Positions 1-14,472 of a stretch of DNA of 64,000 nt are shown here, piece by piece. Source of the stretch: Pyrinomonadaceae bacterium (GTDB taxonomy: Bacteria > Acidobacteriota > Blastocatellia > Pyrinomonadales > Pyrinomonadaceae); contig JBHENX010000067.1 in the NCBI GenBank assembly GCA_046261855.1, positions 21,141 to 85,140 on the forward strand, read 5' to 3'. Within the stretch, counting starts at the first letter, position 1. Each line of letters starts with the position of its first letter. Under the pieces are notes generated by a model. It was not told the DNA's origin, ran no database searches, and was given only the letters and a program-made list of their open reading frames with translations. A program made the position numbers and the translations under genes.

Positions 1-1750
1 TCGTCAGCCGCTCCTTGTTTATGTCCGGTACCTGCACAAACTGGCTCGCGGATCCGACGCGAGTGCTCGGCACGTCGCGCAACGCGGTTCTGAATTGATA
101 AGCGCCCGGCTTCTTAACCGGCACGACGGCGTTATAGGTGAAGCCGTACTTTGCAACGCGCTGGAACGTCGCTTCAGTGAGGTTGATCGTGTGCTGGTTG
201 GCAGACTGGTCCACCAGCTTTCCATCTTCGCCGAACGTCACGGAGATCAAGTCGAAGACGGCTTTGTGCGAGCCGTCTGCTTCTTTCGTGAACGTCAGAT
301 CATTCGCGTTGACGTGCAGGAACGAACGCAACACTGAGCCTTGCGCTGGATCGTTATCAAAGAACGAAGTCAAACGAACCTGCACATCGGAAGATCCGAA
401 AGGCGAGAGCACTGCGCCGATGAGTTGCTGTTGCGGCGTGTCGTTCGCCGGCTTGAGGTTTTCGTCGGTAACGCCGTAAAAGCCCGTGCGCATTCGCACG
501 GTATAGTTGCCCGAACGTTTTACTTTGAGGGTGAGGTGATGAAATTTCGTTCGGCCGTTCGCCGGATCAAAGGTCGCATCGTCAGGCCGATATCCGATGA
601 GATAGTAGCCGGCTTGATCGTCCATAATTCGCTTGAGGCCGCCGTTCATATCGTTTGTATTACGAATCGCGAGCCCGCCTGTTTGTTCGGCCAGATAATC
701 CAGGCCCTGTTGTGAATCGATAAAGTTTTCACGCCGTTGAGTCAGACGCGATTCGATCTGCGCGCGCGACATGTTTCCAGGCGCGTCCATGGCGGTAAGC
801 CCGAAGGTAACAATGCCACGCGCGTCCATCGTGTTGATGACGACCGAAGCGCGATTAGCCAGATCCAACAGACTCTGGAGCGAGTTGAGAAGGCGCGAAC
901 TGCCTTCCGGTTCTGTCTGATTGAAGATCTGTAAACCATCAGAGAAAAGAATGATCGACTTGCGACCAGGCAAGTCGCGCAGACCACGGATTACGTAGCT
1001 CAACGAGCCGAGCGTACCCACGCCAAACAGGTCTTGCTGAAATTGCCTCATTTCGTCCAACTCGGTGGCCTCTCCGCCGTTTCTCACCGGTACCGGCAAA
1101 GCCTCCATGCGAATCGGGTCAAATACGTTCGCGCTATTCGTCAATCGCGGGACCCACTTCAACTTTGCGAGCGCGGCATAGAGCTGTTCCTTGTCGGAAG
1201 TGAACTGCTGTAACGAGCCCATGCCGCCCGCGGTGCGAATGATCGCGACGAAGTCGCCCGGTTGCATCTGCTCGTCCAGAAACTTCTTGATCGCCCCGCG
1301 CATGGCGTGGACGCTGTCAAACGACATTCTCAGATCGTCAACGACGAGCGCGATCGTACGTTGCCCCTGTTCGCGTCGCAGCGGTCGTGCTGGTGGTCCA
1401 GGTATAGGAGTTGGAGTATTTGGTTTTGTCCCCGTGGCGGCTGCTTCGGCAGGTCGGGAGATCTTTACGTACGAGAAGTCGCTAATCTTTTGCGGCTTGC
1501 CATCCTCGAACATCTCGACTTCTTCCGGACGTAGATCGGTGACGTGTTTGCCGCTCCGGTCTGTGACTACCGCGTCAACCTGCACAAGGTTCGTCGTGAT
1601 CTTGACGACGTCAACATCGTCCGCTTGCTGCGGCGCCGGCGCAGGCTTTTGCTCGGGCGGCTTCGGCGGCGGCGGCGGCGCCGTTTGTTGGGCCAACCCA
1701 GTAGATACAAGTTGGAAGCAAAGGGTAAGGGAGAGCAGTATTTTTTTCAT
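1..1750 (-). CDS. Secreted VWA-domain protein (acidobacterial VWFA-related type); the 3' end lies beyond the window
   Basis: I translated the reverse strand from the ATG at 1750. It reads MKKILLSLTLCFQLVSTGLAQQ (signal peptide), then a PPPPKPPEQKP linker, then VKITTNLVQVDAVVTDRSGKHVTDLRPEEVEMFEDGKPQKI and IALVVDDL...RTAGGMG (VWA/MIDAS-like). The frame stays open to position 1. The ORF track omits it because no stop lies inside the window. Confidence 0.7.
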   Translation of the reverse strand, partial: MKKILLSLTLCFQLVSTGLAQQTAPPPPPKPPEQKPAPAPQQADDVDVVKITTNLVQVDAVVTDRSGKHVTDLRPEEVEMFEDGKPQKISDFSYVKISRPAEAAATGTKPNTPTPIPGPPARPLRREQGQRTIALVVDDLRMSFDSVHAMRGAIKKFLDEQMQPGDFVAIIRTAGGMGSLQQFTSDKEQLYAALAKLKWVPRLTNSANVFDPIRMEALPVPVRNGGEATELDEMRQFQQDLFGVGTLGSLSYVIRGLRDLPGRKSIILFSDGLQIFNQTEPEGSSRLLNSLQSLLDLANRASVVINTMDARGIVTFGLTAMDAPGNMSRAQIESRLTQRRENFIDSQQGLDYLAEQTGGLAIRNTNDMNGGLKRIMDDQAGYYLIGYRPDDATFDPANGRTKFHHLTLKVKRSGNYTVRMRTGFYGVTDENLKPANDTPQQQLIGAVLSPFGSSDVQVRLTSFFDNDPAQGSVLRSFLHVNANDLTFTKEADGSHKAVFDLISVTFGEDGKLVDQSANQHTINLTEATFQRVAKYGFTYNAVVPVKKPGAYQFRTALRDVPSTRVGSASQFVQVPDINKERLT

Positions 1751-1780
1751 CGGTCTCTTCCAGCAAAGACTGGGGTTAGC

Positions 1781-2905
1781 TCAACCAGCCAGCACTTCTT
1801 CGTAGAAACTGATGTACTGCGGGATGACTACATCAGTGCGATAGCGAGAGATTGCAGAGTCGCGCGCGCGCTGGCCCATCTCGCGACGCAGTTTGTCGTC
1901 TGTCAATAAGCGCGCCGCATCCGTTGCCATTTTATCGACGTCGCCGACGGGACTTAAATATCCCGTTTCGCCGTCAGTTACCACCTCGGGCAAACCTCCG
2001 ACACGGGAGGCGATCACCGGCACTTCGCAGGCCATTGCCTCCAACGCCGCCAACCCAAACGATTCGTTTTCCGACGGCAACAACAACACGTCAGACGCGG
2101 AAAGGTAATCGACGATGCGCGGTTGTTTTCCGACAAACGAACATTGTTCATAGATACCAAGACAACGCGCGCGATGCTCCGCGTTCGTTCGCTCACTGCC
2201 GTCGCCGACCATCACGAGACGAGTTTTGATTCCCTTCTGCAAAACCCGCGAAAAGATCTCGACGCAATCGACCGGACGCTTCACCGGACGGAAGTTTGAA
2301 ACATGGACCAGCAACAGCTCGCCGCGCGGCGCGAGTGACCCCCGCAGCGATTCGACTTCGAGACGCCGGTAGTCGTACTGGCAGACGAAGTTTGGAATCA
2401 CGCGGATGTCATCAAAGTGAAAGATCTCTTTGGTCGCGTCCTTTAAGTAATGTGAGATCGCAGTGACGCCGTCGGATTGCACGATGCCGTAACGAGTGAT
2501 CGGCAAATACGATCGATCCGCTCCGACCAGTGTGATGTCAGTGCCGTGTAATGTGGTTACGACAGGCAGGCGTCGCCGTGGCTTGAGTGACTCGCGCGCG
2601 AGAATCGCGCTGATCGAGTGCGGGATCGCGTAGTGAACGTGCAGCAGGTCGAGCTTCTCTTCTTCGGCAACGGTCGCCATTTTCGTCGCGAGCGCGAGCG
2701 TGTACGGCTGATGTTCGAACAACGGATACGACATCATTTCCACTTCGTGAAAACGTACGCGTTCGTTCAACTCTGTGAGACGCGTGGGAAGCGAGGAGGC
2801 GATGAAGTGCACTGTATGGCCGCGCGCGGCGAGTTCTTTGCCTAGTTCTGAACCGACGATGCCACTGCCGCCGTAGCTCGAATAGACCGTGATACCGATG
2901 TTCAT
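1781..2905 (-). CDS. bshA: N-acetyl-alpha-D-glucosaminyl L-malate synthase (GT4 glycosyltransferase, bacillithiol biosynthesis BshA)
   Basis: 374 aa. The N-terminus reads [77 protein letters not shown] and YEEV at the C-terminus are co-linear with Bacillus BshA as I recall it. Confidence 0.8.
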   Translation of the reverse strand: MNIGITVYSSYGGSGIVGSELGKELAARGHTVHFIASSLPTRLTELNERVRFHEVEMMSYPLFEHQPYTLALATKMATVAEEEKLDLLHVHYAIPHSISAILARESLKPRRRLPVVTTLHGTDITLVGADRSYLPITRYGIVQSDGVTAISHYLKDATKEIFHFDDIRVIPNFVCQYDYRRLEVESLRGSLAPRGELLLVHVSNFRPVKRPVDCVEIFSRVLQKGIKTRLVMVGDGSERTNAEHRARCLGIYEQCSFVGKQPRIVDYLSASDVLLLPSENESFGLAALEAMACEVPVIASRVGGLPEVVTDGETGYLSPVGDVDKMATDAARLLTDDKLRREMGQRARDSAISRYRTDVVIPQYISFYEEVLAG

Positions 2906-2940
2906 TGTGTCGCCGAGCTTAGCACAAAGTGACGCCCAAA

Positions 2941-2987
2941 AAGTTGAGGCAGGCGACCCTCGCTATCGCCTGCCTCTATCTCAACTT
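2941..2987. promoter_or_regulatory. GC-rich stem-loop in the divergent bshA/nfu intergenic region
   Basis: GAGGCAGGCGA (2946-2956) pairs perfectly with TCGCCTGCCTC (2966-2976) around a 9-nt loop. AAGTT/AACTT pairs flank the stem. It lies 36 nt upstream of the bshA start codon. Confidence 0.35.
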
Positions 2988-3124
2988 GACTCACCTTCTG
3001 AGAGGGGGGCAAGTGAGGGCGGGAGTATATTCCTGCTTTTGATTTTTAGCAATGATTCTTGCATGGCCTTCGAACTTTTTTATGTGTGTAATTAGACACC
3101 CCGTCGGACGCTCCGCTGCGAACC

Positions 3125-3153
3125 TGCGAATGCCTGGGAAAGCGGGTATAATC
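3125..3153 (+). promoter_or_regulatory. Candidate sigma70-type promoter for the nfu-like gene
   Basis: TATAAT sits at 3148-3153, 36 nt upstream of the ATG at 3189. The -35 (CTGCGA) is weak, at 17-nt spacing. A CAGGAG Shine-Dalgarno (SD) sequence follows at 3175-3180. Confidence 0.3.
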
Positions 3154-3188
3154 ATCGCGAAAATGTTGGTTCAATCAGGAGTTTTGCG

Positions 3189-3749
3189 ATGCCGAAAATC
3201 AGCGATATTGAAGAGACCCCAAACCCGAATGCGGTGAAATTTATTTTGCGAGAACCGGTCAGCAACGGCGTCGCAAGGCAGTATGGCTCGGCCGAGTTGG
3301 CAGAAAACGATCCACTCGCGAAATCGCTGTTCGACGTCGGGCATGTCGTTTCGGTCTTTTACATGGACCGGATGATCACAGTCGAGAAAGATGACGAGGG
3401 CGATTGGGACGAGTTGCTGCCGGCGTTGGCGGTACCGATTCGCGCGGCTGAACCGGTGAACGTGTCCGCGGCTGCGGCTGCCGCGGCGGTCGGTGGTTCG
3501 ATTGCGGCCGTCATGAGTGACGACCCGCGGCTGTTGAAGATCAATGAAATCCTCGACGAGAAAGTCAGGCCTGCGTTGATGGGCGATGGTGGCTATCTCG
3601 AAGTGCTGGGTTTGACGGATCACACGTTAAGCATTCGTTACCAGGGCGCGTGTGGTAGCTGTCCGAGTTCGCTGACAGGCACGTTGATGGCGATTGAAGG
3701 AATGCTGAAGCAAGAGGTCGATCCCGAGCTGGAAGTCATTGCTGTTTAG
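3189..3749 (+). CDS. Nfu/NifU-like Fe-S cluster carrier (Nfu_N domain plus NifU C-terminal CxxC domain)
   Basis: 186 aa. The N-terminal [10 protein letters not shown] matches the Nfu_N signature. The C-terminal region reads [16 protein letters not shown]...[24 protein letters not shown], which contains the CxxC motif. Confidence 0.75.
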   Translation: MPKISDIEETPNPNAVKFILREPVSNGVARQYGSAELAENDPLAKSLFDVGHVVSVFYMDRMITVEKDDEGDWDELLPALAVPIRAAEPVNVSAAAAAAAVGGSIAAVMSDDPRLLKINEILDEKVRPALMGDGGYLEVLGLTDHTLSIRYQGACGSCPSSLTGTLMAIEGMLKQEVDPELEVIAV

Positions 3750-3835
3750 TTAAGTTTCCGGAACCGGGCGGTTCGGGCGTCGTGTGAACCGTTCGGCAGT
3801 ATCCATCCCGCATTTTCCGTCCCACAGGAGTCTGT

Positions 3836-5755
3836 ATGTTTCGTCTGCTACGACTTGCTCCCGTCGCTCTCTTCTTATCTGTGTCCACTGTTTTTGTTGC
3901 GGCGCAAACACCTGAAAAACAGCTAACAAAACCGAAAGACCTCCCTCCGGCAAAACCGTCAACACCCGCGAAGGCCTCGGAGCCCAAGACTGCTGGTTTG
4001 ACCACCGAGGAGCAAAAGGCGCGCACCCGCCGTGCGCAAGCGCGGTCGCTGCTCGTCGCACTCTCCACGGATGCGCGCGGGTTTCAAGATCAAACTCTCC
4101 GAGCACGATCGCTCGCACGCATCGCCGACGCTCTCTGGCAAGTAGACGCCGAACAAGCCCGCCTCCTTTTTCGCAAAGCATGGGAAGCCGCCGAAGGCGC
4201 CGATCAGGACAGCGATCGCAAGCTTCAGGAAGAGATCAATCAACAGAAGACGAGGACCGGCGGCGGGTTCGCCGTCTCGTTGCCGCCACAACTCCGCCGG
4301 GAAGTCCTAAGACTAGCGGCACGACACGATCGCGCACTCGGTGAAGAGTTTCTCGAGAAACTAAAAACGCAGAAACTTGAAGCTGCGAAGGCCACGACTG
4401 ACACCGGGCGTTTGCCTGAATCCATGAGCCAGCGTCTCAGCGTCGCGAGAGACTTGCTTCAAGCGGGCGAGATGGAACGCGCGCTTCAGTTTGCCGGTCC
4501 GGCACTGATGGCTCCCGGTGTGGAATCGCTCAGCTTTCTTTCACTGCTGCGGGAGAAGAACGCGGCCACTGCCGATGAACGTTACGCCGCGATGCTGACA
4601 GCGTCAGCCAACAATCCGCAATCAGACGCGAACACAGTCTCGCTGCTTTCGTCGTACCTCTTTACACCGAACCTTTACATGATCTTTACGGGCAGCGGCG
4701 TTAACAGCTCGCAGATGTCGTCGAATAACACGCCGCCCGAAGTCGCCGTTGAATTAAAGAATTTGTTCTTTCAAACCGCTGCTTCGATTCTGCTTCGTCC
4801 TTTGGCGCCGACGGGACAGGATCAGACTTCGTCCGGCATCGAAGGAAAGTATCTCGTGATCAAACGTCTGCTTCCCTTCTTCGAACAGTCAGCGCCGCCC
4901 GAAATGGCCGAGTCGTTACGCGCTCACCTGAACGCGTTGAACAGCGTCGTGCCTGAAGGCACACGCAACCGCGACGAAGAATCGGTCAATCGCGGTGTCC
5001 GGCCCGAAAAGCCCGCGGAAGAACGAGAGCAGTCGCTGCTCAATCGCATCGAACGCGCGAAGACCTCTGAAGAGCGCGACTTACTCTATGTTCAGTTAGC
5101 CTTCATGGTTGCCGGCCGCGGCGACATGCGGGCGCGCGACTACGTTGCCAAAGTCAGTGACACCGAGATGCGCAAACAGCTTCAGGCTTACATCGATCCG
5201 TCGCTCGCCTCGCACGCGGTGCAGAAGAAAAACATCGAGCAGGCGCTCGAGCTGGTCCAAAGAGGCGAACTGAATCATTTGCAAAAAGTCTGGGTACTGA
5301 CTGAGACCGCCAAGATCCTCGCGCCAAACGATAAGGAGAAAGCGACTGAGCTCGTGGAAGCAGCAGGCGCCGAAGCACGGCGCATCGACGTTTCCGATCC
5401 CGGACGCGCACAAGCCCTGGTTGCAGTAGCAAACGCGTTGAAGGTAGTCGATCCGCCGCGCGTTTGGGACGCGACCTTCGATGCCGTAAAAGCCGCAAAC
5501 TCCGCGCAGGGATTCACCGGCGAGGACGGTGAACTAATCTTGAGGTTCCAAAGCAAAGGCAGTTCGTCAATCAACACGAACGACGTACCCGAATTTGATC
5601 TCGAGGGAATTTTCCGCGAACTGGCCCAACAGGATTACGACCGCGCAGTTGAACTCGCGCGTGGGTTCGAAGGTGAAGGACCACGAGCGGTGGCGACGAT
5701 CGCGATTGCGCGCGGAGTGCTGGATCCGAAAAAGGGGACCGCACCGCGAAATTAG
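3836..5755 (+). CDS. Secreted helical-repeat protein of unknown function
   Basis: 639 aa. AGGAG lies upstream of the ATG. The signal peptide is MFRLLRLAPVALFLSVSTVFVAAQ. The sequence is Ala/Leu/Glu/Arg-rich, consistent with a helical repeat. I recognised no catalytic motif. Confidence 0.6.
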   Translation: MFRLLRLAPVALFLSVSTVFVAAQTPEKQLTKPKDLPPAKPSTPAKASEPKTAGLTTEEQKARTRRAQARSLLVALSTDARGFQDQTLRARSLARIADALWQVDAEQARLLFRKAWEAAEGADQDSDRKLQEEINQQKTRTGGGFAVSLPPQLRREVLRLAARHDRALGEEFLEKLKTQKLEAAKATTDTGRLPESMSQRLSVARDLLQAGEMERALQFAGPALMAPGVESLSFLSLLREKNAATADERYAAMLTASANNPQSDANTVSLLSSYLFTPNLYMIFTGSGVNSSQMSSNNTPPEVAVELKNLFFQTAASILLRPLAPTGQDQTSSGIEGKYLVIKRLLPFFEQSAPPEMAESLRAHLNALNSVVPEGTRNRDEESVNRGVRPEKPAEEREQSLLNRIERAKTSEERDLLYVQLAFMVAGRGDMRARDYVAKVSDTEMRKQLQAYIDPSLASHAVQKKNIEQALELVQRGELNHLQKVWVLTETAKILAPNDKEKATELVEAAGAEARRIDVSDPGRAQALVAVANALKVVDPPRVWDATFDAVKAANSAQGFTGEDGELILRFQSKGSSSINTNDVPEFDLEGIFRELAQQDYDRAVELARGFEGEGPRAVATIAIARGVLDPKKGTAPRN

Positions 5756-6498
5756 GAATAGATGTTCATCGGCCGCGTGAGTAACGCGAGTGGGTCGTCA
5801 ACGTTCAGCGCCTCGCGCACGAAAAACGGCTCACCCGCTTCGACGCCGATCAACGATCCGAAGTAACCCATCCGTACTTCGATCTCCGCGAGAAAACCTC
5901 GTTCGCTGATACGCGTCTGCGGTTCGAGCGAGGCTTCGTTATAAAACTGCGACGCGTGCGCGCGAATGGCCGCCATCTTTTCTGCTGCAAAAGCTGAAAC
6001 ATCAACCACGAACGAAGGAACGATGCGTCGCGAGAATAGCGAGTGCATGATCGCGGGCATCGGCACCGGCGGCAGTCCCGACTCTTCGTCGTAACGACGC
6101 ATGGATGCGAGTCGCGCGGCTTGTCTCACGATGATTGACGTGTTTGCGTGATCAGGGTGTGGATCGTCTTCGTGCGTTGTCAGCAGCACTTTGGGTTTGT
6201 GCGTTCGCAGCACACGCACGAGCGCGACGCGCGCGACTTCGGTAGGCGAAACATGACCGTCGGGTTGTTCGAGGTTCACGCGCACGTCGAGATTCATCAG
6301 GCGCGCCGCTTCGGTCGCCTCCTGCGCGCGGATCTCGACAGTGCCGCGAGTACCCATTTCACCGCGGGTCATATCACACACGCCGGTGTGATAACCGAGC
6401 GACTTTAGTTTGAGCAGAGTTCCGCCGACGGAAAGTTCCGCATCGTCAGGATGGGAAAACACGGCGAGCACATCGAGTTGGACCGCGTCAGTATTCAT
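5752..6498 (-). CDS. bshB: Bacillithiol biosynthesis deacetylase BshB1 (LmbE/PIG-L family)
   Basis: It carries the motifs VLAVFSHPDDAELSVGGTLLK, MTRGEMGTRG and HPDH. The longest ORF starts at 6537. I prefer the internal ATG at 6498 (MNTDAVQLDVLAV...) because it fits the usual family N-terminus. Confidence 0.75.
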   Translation of the reverse strand: MNTDAVQLDVLAVFSHPDDAELSVGGTLLKLKSLGYHTGVCDMTRGEMGTRGTVEIRAQEATEAARLMNLDVRVNLEQPDGHVSPTEVARVALVRVLRTHKPKVLLTTHEDDPHPDHANTSIIVRQAARLASMRRYDEESGLPPVPMPAIMHSLFSRRIVPSFVVDVSAFAAEKMAAIRAHASQFYNEASLEPQTRISERGFLAEIEVRMGYFGSLIGVEAGEPFFVREALNVDDPLALLTRPMNIYS

Positions 6499-6583
6499 GA
6501 CACAATTCAGCTTACCCGCTGAGCAATTTTTTGTCATCGCGAACTCGACCGCTGTAAACTTACTTCAGGAGAAAAACAAACAA

Positions 6584-7465
6584 GTGCTACTCGTCATACT
6601 GCTCCTGCTTCAGCTTGCCTTGCTACAAGGTAACGCCGGCGATTCGCAGCGTGATGCGCTGCTGCTCGAATCGGGTCAAGCTGCGACGTTGCGGAAACAC
6701 GCACCCGACGCGCGCGACATCAAAGTCGTCTCTTATAACATTCGCTGGCGCGGCGGCGAGGATCTCAAACTACTCGCCAAACTCCTCCAGGAAGATCCCG
6801 AGATCGGGAGCGCAGCGATTCTCGGGTTGCAGGAGGTCGATCGGCACAAAAAACGGACTGGCAATAACAACACGGTGAAAATCCTGGCCGACGAGTTGGG
6901 ACTGCACTACGCGTGGGCGGCGCCGCCCTCACCGAAGCCGAACGACGAAGAGGAAACGGGCGTCGCGATCCTCAGTGTGTTTCCACTCTCGGATTTGAAG
7001 CGGATCGTGCTGCCGCACGCGGGTCCGAATCGCCGCCGCCGCGTGGCGCTCGGAGCAACGATCGAGGTCGATGGCCGACCCTGGCGCATCTACTCGGCGC
7101 ACGCCGAGACGAGAATCTCGGTAGATAAGAAGATGGAGCAGTTCAACGCGGTTCTGGAAGATCTCAAGCGCTACCCGACAGATACACCCGCGATCATCAT
7201 GGGCGACCTGAATACCTGGGAACCGAGCGCCGACGACAAAACCATCAAACTGTTTTCCAAAGCCGGGCTGACGACGCCATTTCAAGGAAACGCAACTTTT
7301 CGCCGTAAAGTAATGTTTGTGCCGATTGAAATGCGGCTTGATTGGGTTTGGTTGCGTGGACTGGAAGCGACGAGTCACGGAATCGATCGCCAGATCGAGA
7401 TTTCGGATCACTGGCCATTATGGACCAACGTGCGGCTCGCCACCGCAACCAAAAAAGAACATTGA
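6584..7465 (+). CDS. Secreted endonuclease/exonuclease/phosphatase (EEP) family protein
   Basis: The track ORF (from 6410) overlaps bshB. An in-frame GTG at 6584 follows AGGAG (6567-6571) and yields the signal peptide VLLVILLLLQLALLQG. The motifs VVSYNIRW, GLQEV, GDLN and the C-terminal SDHWPL are typical of EEP proteins. Confidence 0.7.
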   Translation: MLLVILLLLQLALLQGNAGDSQRDALLLESGQAATLRKHAPDARDIKVVSYNIRWRGGEDLKLLAKLLQEDPEIGSAAILGLQEVDRHKKRTGNNNTVKILADELGLHYAWAAPPSPKPNDEEETGVAILSVFPLSDLKRIVLPHAGPNRRRRVALGATIEVDGRPWRIYSAHAETRISVDKKMEQFNAVLEDLKRYPTDTPAIIMGDLNTWEPSADDKTIKLFSKAGLTTPFQGNATFRRKVMFVPIEMRLDWVWLRGLEATSHGIDRQIEISDHWPLWTNVRLATATKKEH

Positions 7466-7507
7466 TCAACTTGAAATCGCACCCGAGTCGTGTAACAAGG
7501 GTGGCAA

Positions 7508-7660
7508 ATGACATGTCACAACTGCGAGCGACGCGCGAGTTGGGCGCGCACCCGTTGCCGGACCTGCGAGAGCCGGCTGCCGGCGTGGTATGTCGTTACG
7601 GCGATGGGGATTGTGGTGGCAATTTACGTGGCGTTCCTCGTCGTCGAGCGCGTCTTTTAG
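7508..7660 (+). CDS. Small zinc-ribbon membrane protein (50 aa), not in the ORF track
   Basis: The ATG at 7508 gives MTCHNCERRASWARTRCRTCESRLPAWYVVTAMGIVVAIYVAFLVVERVF. This has two CxxC pairs followed by one hydrophobic helix. The region is otherwise unoccupied intergenic sequence. Confidence 0.4.
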   Translation: MTCHNCERRASWARTRCRTCESRLPAWYVVTAMGIVVAIYVAFLVVERVF

Positions 7661-8128
7661 TTACCGCACGCCCCACTCCCACAATCCATATCCAATCTTC
7701 TTGTCGAGCGGTTTTCCTGCCTGCTTCAAACTTAAAGCGATCTGCCCGCGATGATGTGACTCGTGAGAAATCAAGTAACCGAGAAACGCCGTCACGTGCG
7801 GTTTGAAGCCTCTCACCTTCCCGCCCGCTTCCAAACTCTGTGCCAACAAAGCGCCGATAGCCTTGCCCGAATCAGTCAATGACTTCGCGAGCAGTTTGTT
7901 GTCGTTTGCCTGCTCGTTCTCGATCTTCGTGAGACCGGTGAGCAGCTCAGGCGCGGCAGATTTCAACCACATCAAACGTACGTTATGTACGTGAGCGAAC
8001 TGTTCGCCCACGCTTCTGCCTTTCGAAGCCGAATGCGTAGCCAGAGAGGCCACGTCAATCGCGTCGAGCAGGTAAAGGTTGATGCGGTCGTGGATGTGCC
8101 ACGTCTCGAGAAGTTGGTTGTTTTCCAT
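7661..8128 (-). CDS. DinB family protein
   Basis: 155 aa. It carries the DinB-type His motifs (HVHNVRLMWL, HESHHRGQI). Confidence 0.75.
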   Translation of the reverse strand: MENNQLLETWHIHDRINLYLLDAIDVASLATHSASKGRSVGEQFAHVHNVRLMWLKSAAPELLTGLTKIENEQANDNKLLAKSLTDSGKAIGALLAQSLEAGGKVRGFKPHVTAFLGYLISHESHHRGQIALSLKQAGKPLDKKIGYGLWEWGVR

Positions 8129-8144
8129 CTGTCTTATCCGTGTT

Positions 8145-13097
<4,953 letters not shown>

Positions 13098-13205
13098 TTT
13101 CTTTGTGCTTCGTGCTTCGTGCTTTGTCCTCCGCGCAGCTCGTTCGATCTTCGGCGTTGGTTACGCCTACGAACAAAGATCAAAGCGCAAAGAACAAAGC
13201 TCTGT

Positions 13206-14468
13206 TTACTGTTTCACCGCGACACCGTCGCTCAAACGTTCCAAACCGCTCGTCGCAACTTGTTCATCCGTCGCGACACCGTTCTTCACTTCGATCAGAT
13301 CGCCCTCGGTCTGTCCGGTCTGAATTACGCGCTGTTCCGCGCGTCCGTCTTTGATCACGAACACGCGACTGACGCCTGCTTCAGTAACAACCGCACGCGC
13401 CGGCACTAACACCGCCGGTTCAGCTCGCTCCTGCAAGATCCTCACAGTCGCAAACTGACCGGGCTTCAGCGCGCCGTTGCTGTTCTCGATTTCAGCTTCG
13501 ACCGTCAGCGTGCGCGTCTGTGCCGAAACGTTTGGTGCGATACGCGCGACGCGGCCCGCAAAATTTTTGTCAGGCCACGCACTCGTCGTAACTGATACCG
13601 ATTGACCAACCTTCACTTCCGAAATCGACTGCTCGGGAATGTCGATCCTGATGCGCAACGGATTGGTGCGCACGATCGTCGCTACCTTTTGCTGCGGCGA
13701 AACATACTCACCGAGATCCGCAGTGCGTTCAGAAACAAAGCCGTCGATCGGCGCAGGTATCAGTGAGTACGAAAGATTCTTGCGAGCGATTGCGAGTTGC
13801 GATTGGGCGTTCGCCACGTTAGTTCGTGCAACTTCCACCGCCGCGTAGTTCTGACGAGCCTGCGCCAGCGCAACCTCGTACTGTTCCCTGGATTGATCGC
13901 GCCGCGCGCGTTGCTCGTCATAAAAAGATCGCGACACGTCGCCCGATTCGATCAACTTCTCGGCGCGGCGGAAATTTCTTTCCGCCAAGTCAAAAGTGAC
14001 CTTTGCCGCTGCGACTTCCGACACGCGGGTCGGATCAAATGATTGACCGGGTCGCAAACCGATCTTCTCTTCCGCCTGTCGTACGTTGGCTTTCGCTTGC
14101 TCAACCTGCGCCACCGCCTGGTCCACGCGAAGTTTCAACTCGGAGTCGTCGAGTTTCACAAGCATCTGCCCGCGTCGCACAAAGCTGCCGATATCGACGC
14201 CAACGGCGACGACTTTGCCGGAGGTTTGCGGCGCGACGTCAGTTTGCGCATCACCGGCAAGACTGCCGGTTGCTTCAAAGAACCGTGGCAAATCGCGTCG
14301 GATGGCCGCAGCGGTTATAACGTCGACTGGTGCGTCAGCGGCGGCTTCCGCCGGTGTTTCCTCTTTCCTGGAATTGGCGCGCGAACCGCCGCACGACGAC
14401 AGAAAAACTCCCGCCGTGATTAGCAGTACCAGCAGCGCCGCAAGTTTGCAGTGTCGTTTGAATTGCAT
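13206..14468 (-). CDS. Efflux RND periplasmic adaptor (membrane fusion protein), lipoprotein
   Basis: The internal ATG at 14468 gives MQFKRHCKLAALLVLLITAGVFLSSCGG, which includes a lipobox. Coiled-coil and beta-barrel MFP segments follow (VKVGQSVSV, LKPGQFATV). Starting at 14513 would overlap tetR by 41 nt. Confidence 0.8.
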   Translation of the reverse strand: MQFKRHCKLAALLVLLITAGVFLSSCGGSRANSRKEETPAEAAADAPVDVITAAAIRRDLPRFFEATGSLAGDAQTDVAPQTSGKVVAVGVDIGSFVRRGQMLVKLDDSELKLRVDQAVAQVEQAKANVRQAEEKIGLRPGQSFDPTRVSEVAAAKVTFDLAERNFRRAEKLIESGDVSRSFYDEQRARRDQSREQYEVALAQARQNYAAVEVARTNVANAQSQLAIARKNLSYSLIPAPIDGFVSERTADLGEYVSPQQKVATIVRTNPLRIRIDIPEQSISEVKVGQSVSVTTSAWPDKNFAGRVARIAPNVSAQTRTLTVEAEIENSNGALKPGQFATVRILQERAEPAVLVPARAVVTEAGVSRVFVIKDGRAEQRVIQTGQTEGDLIEVKNGVATDEQVATSGLERLSDGVAVKQ

Positions 14469-14472
14469 CGTC

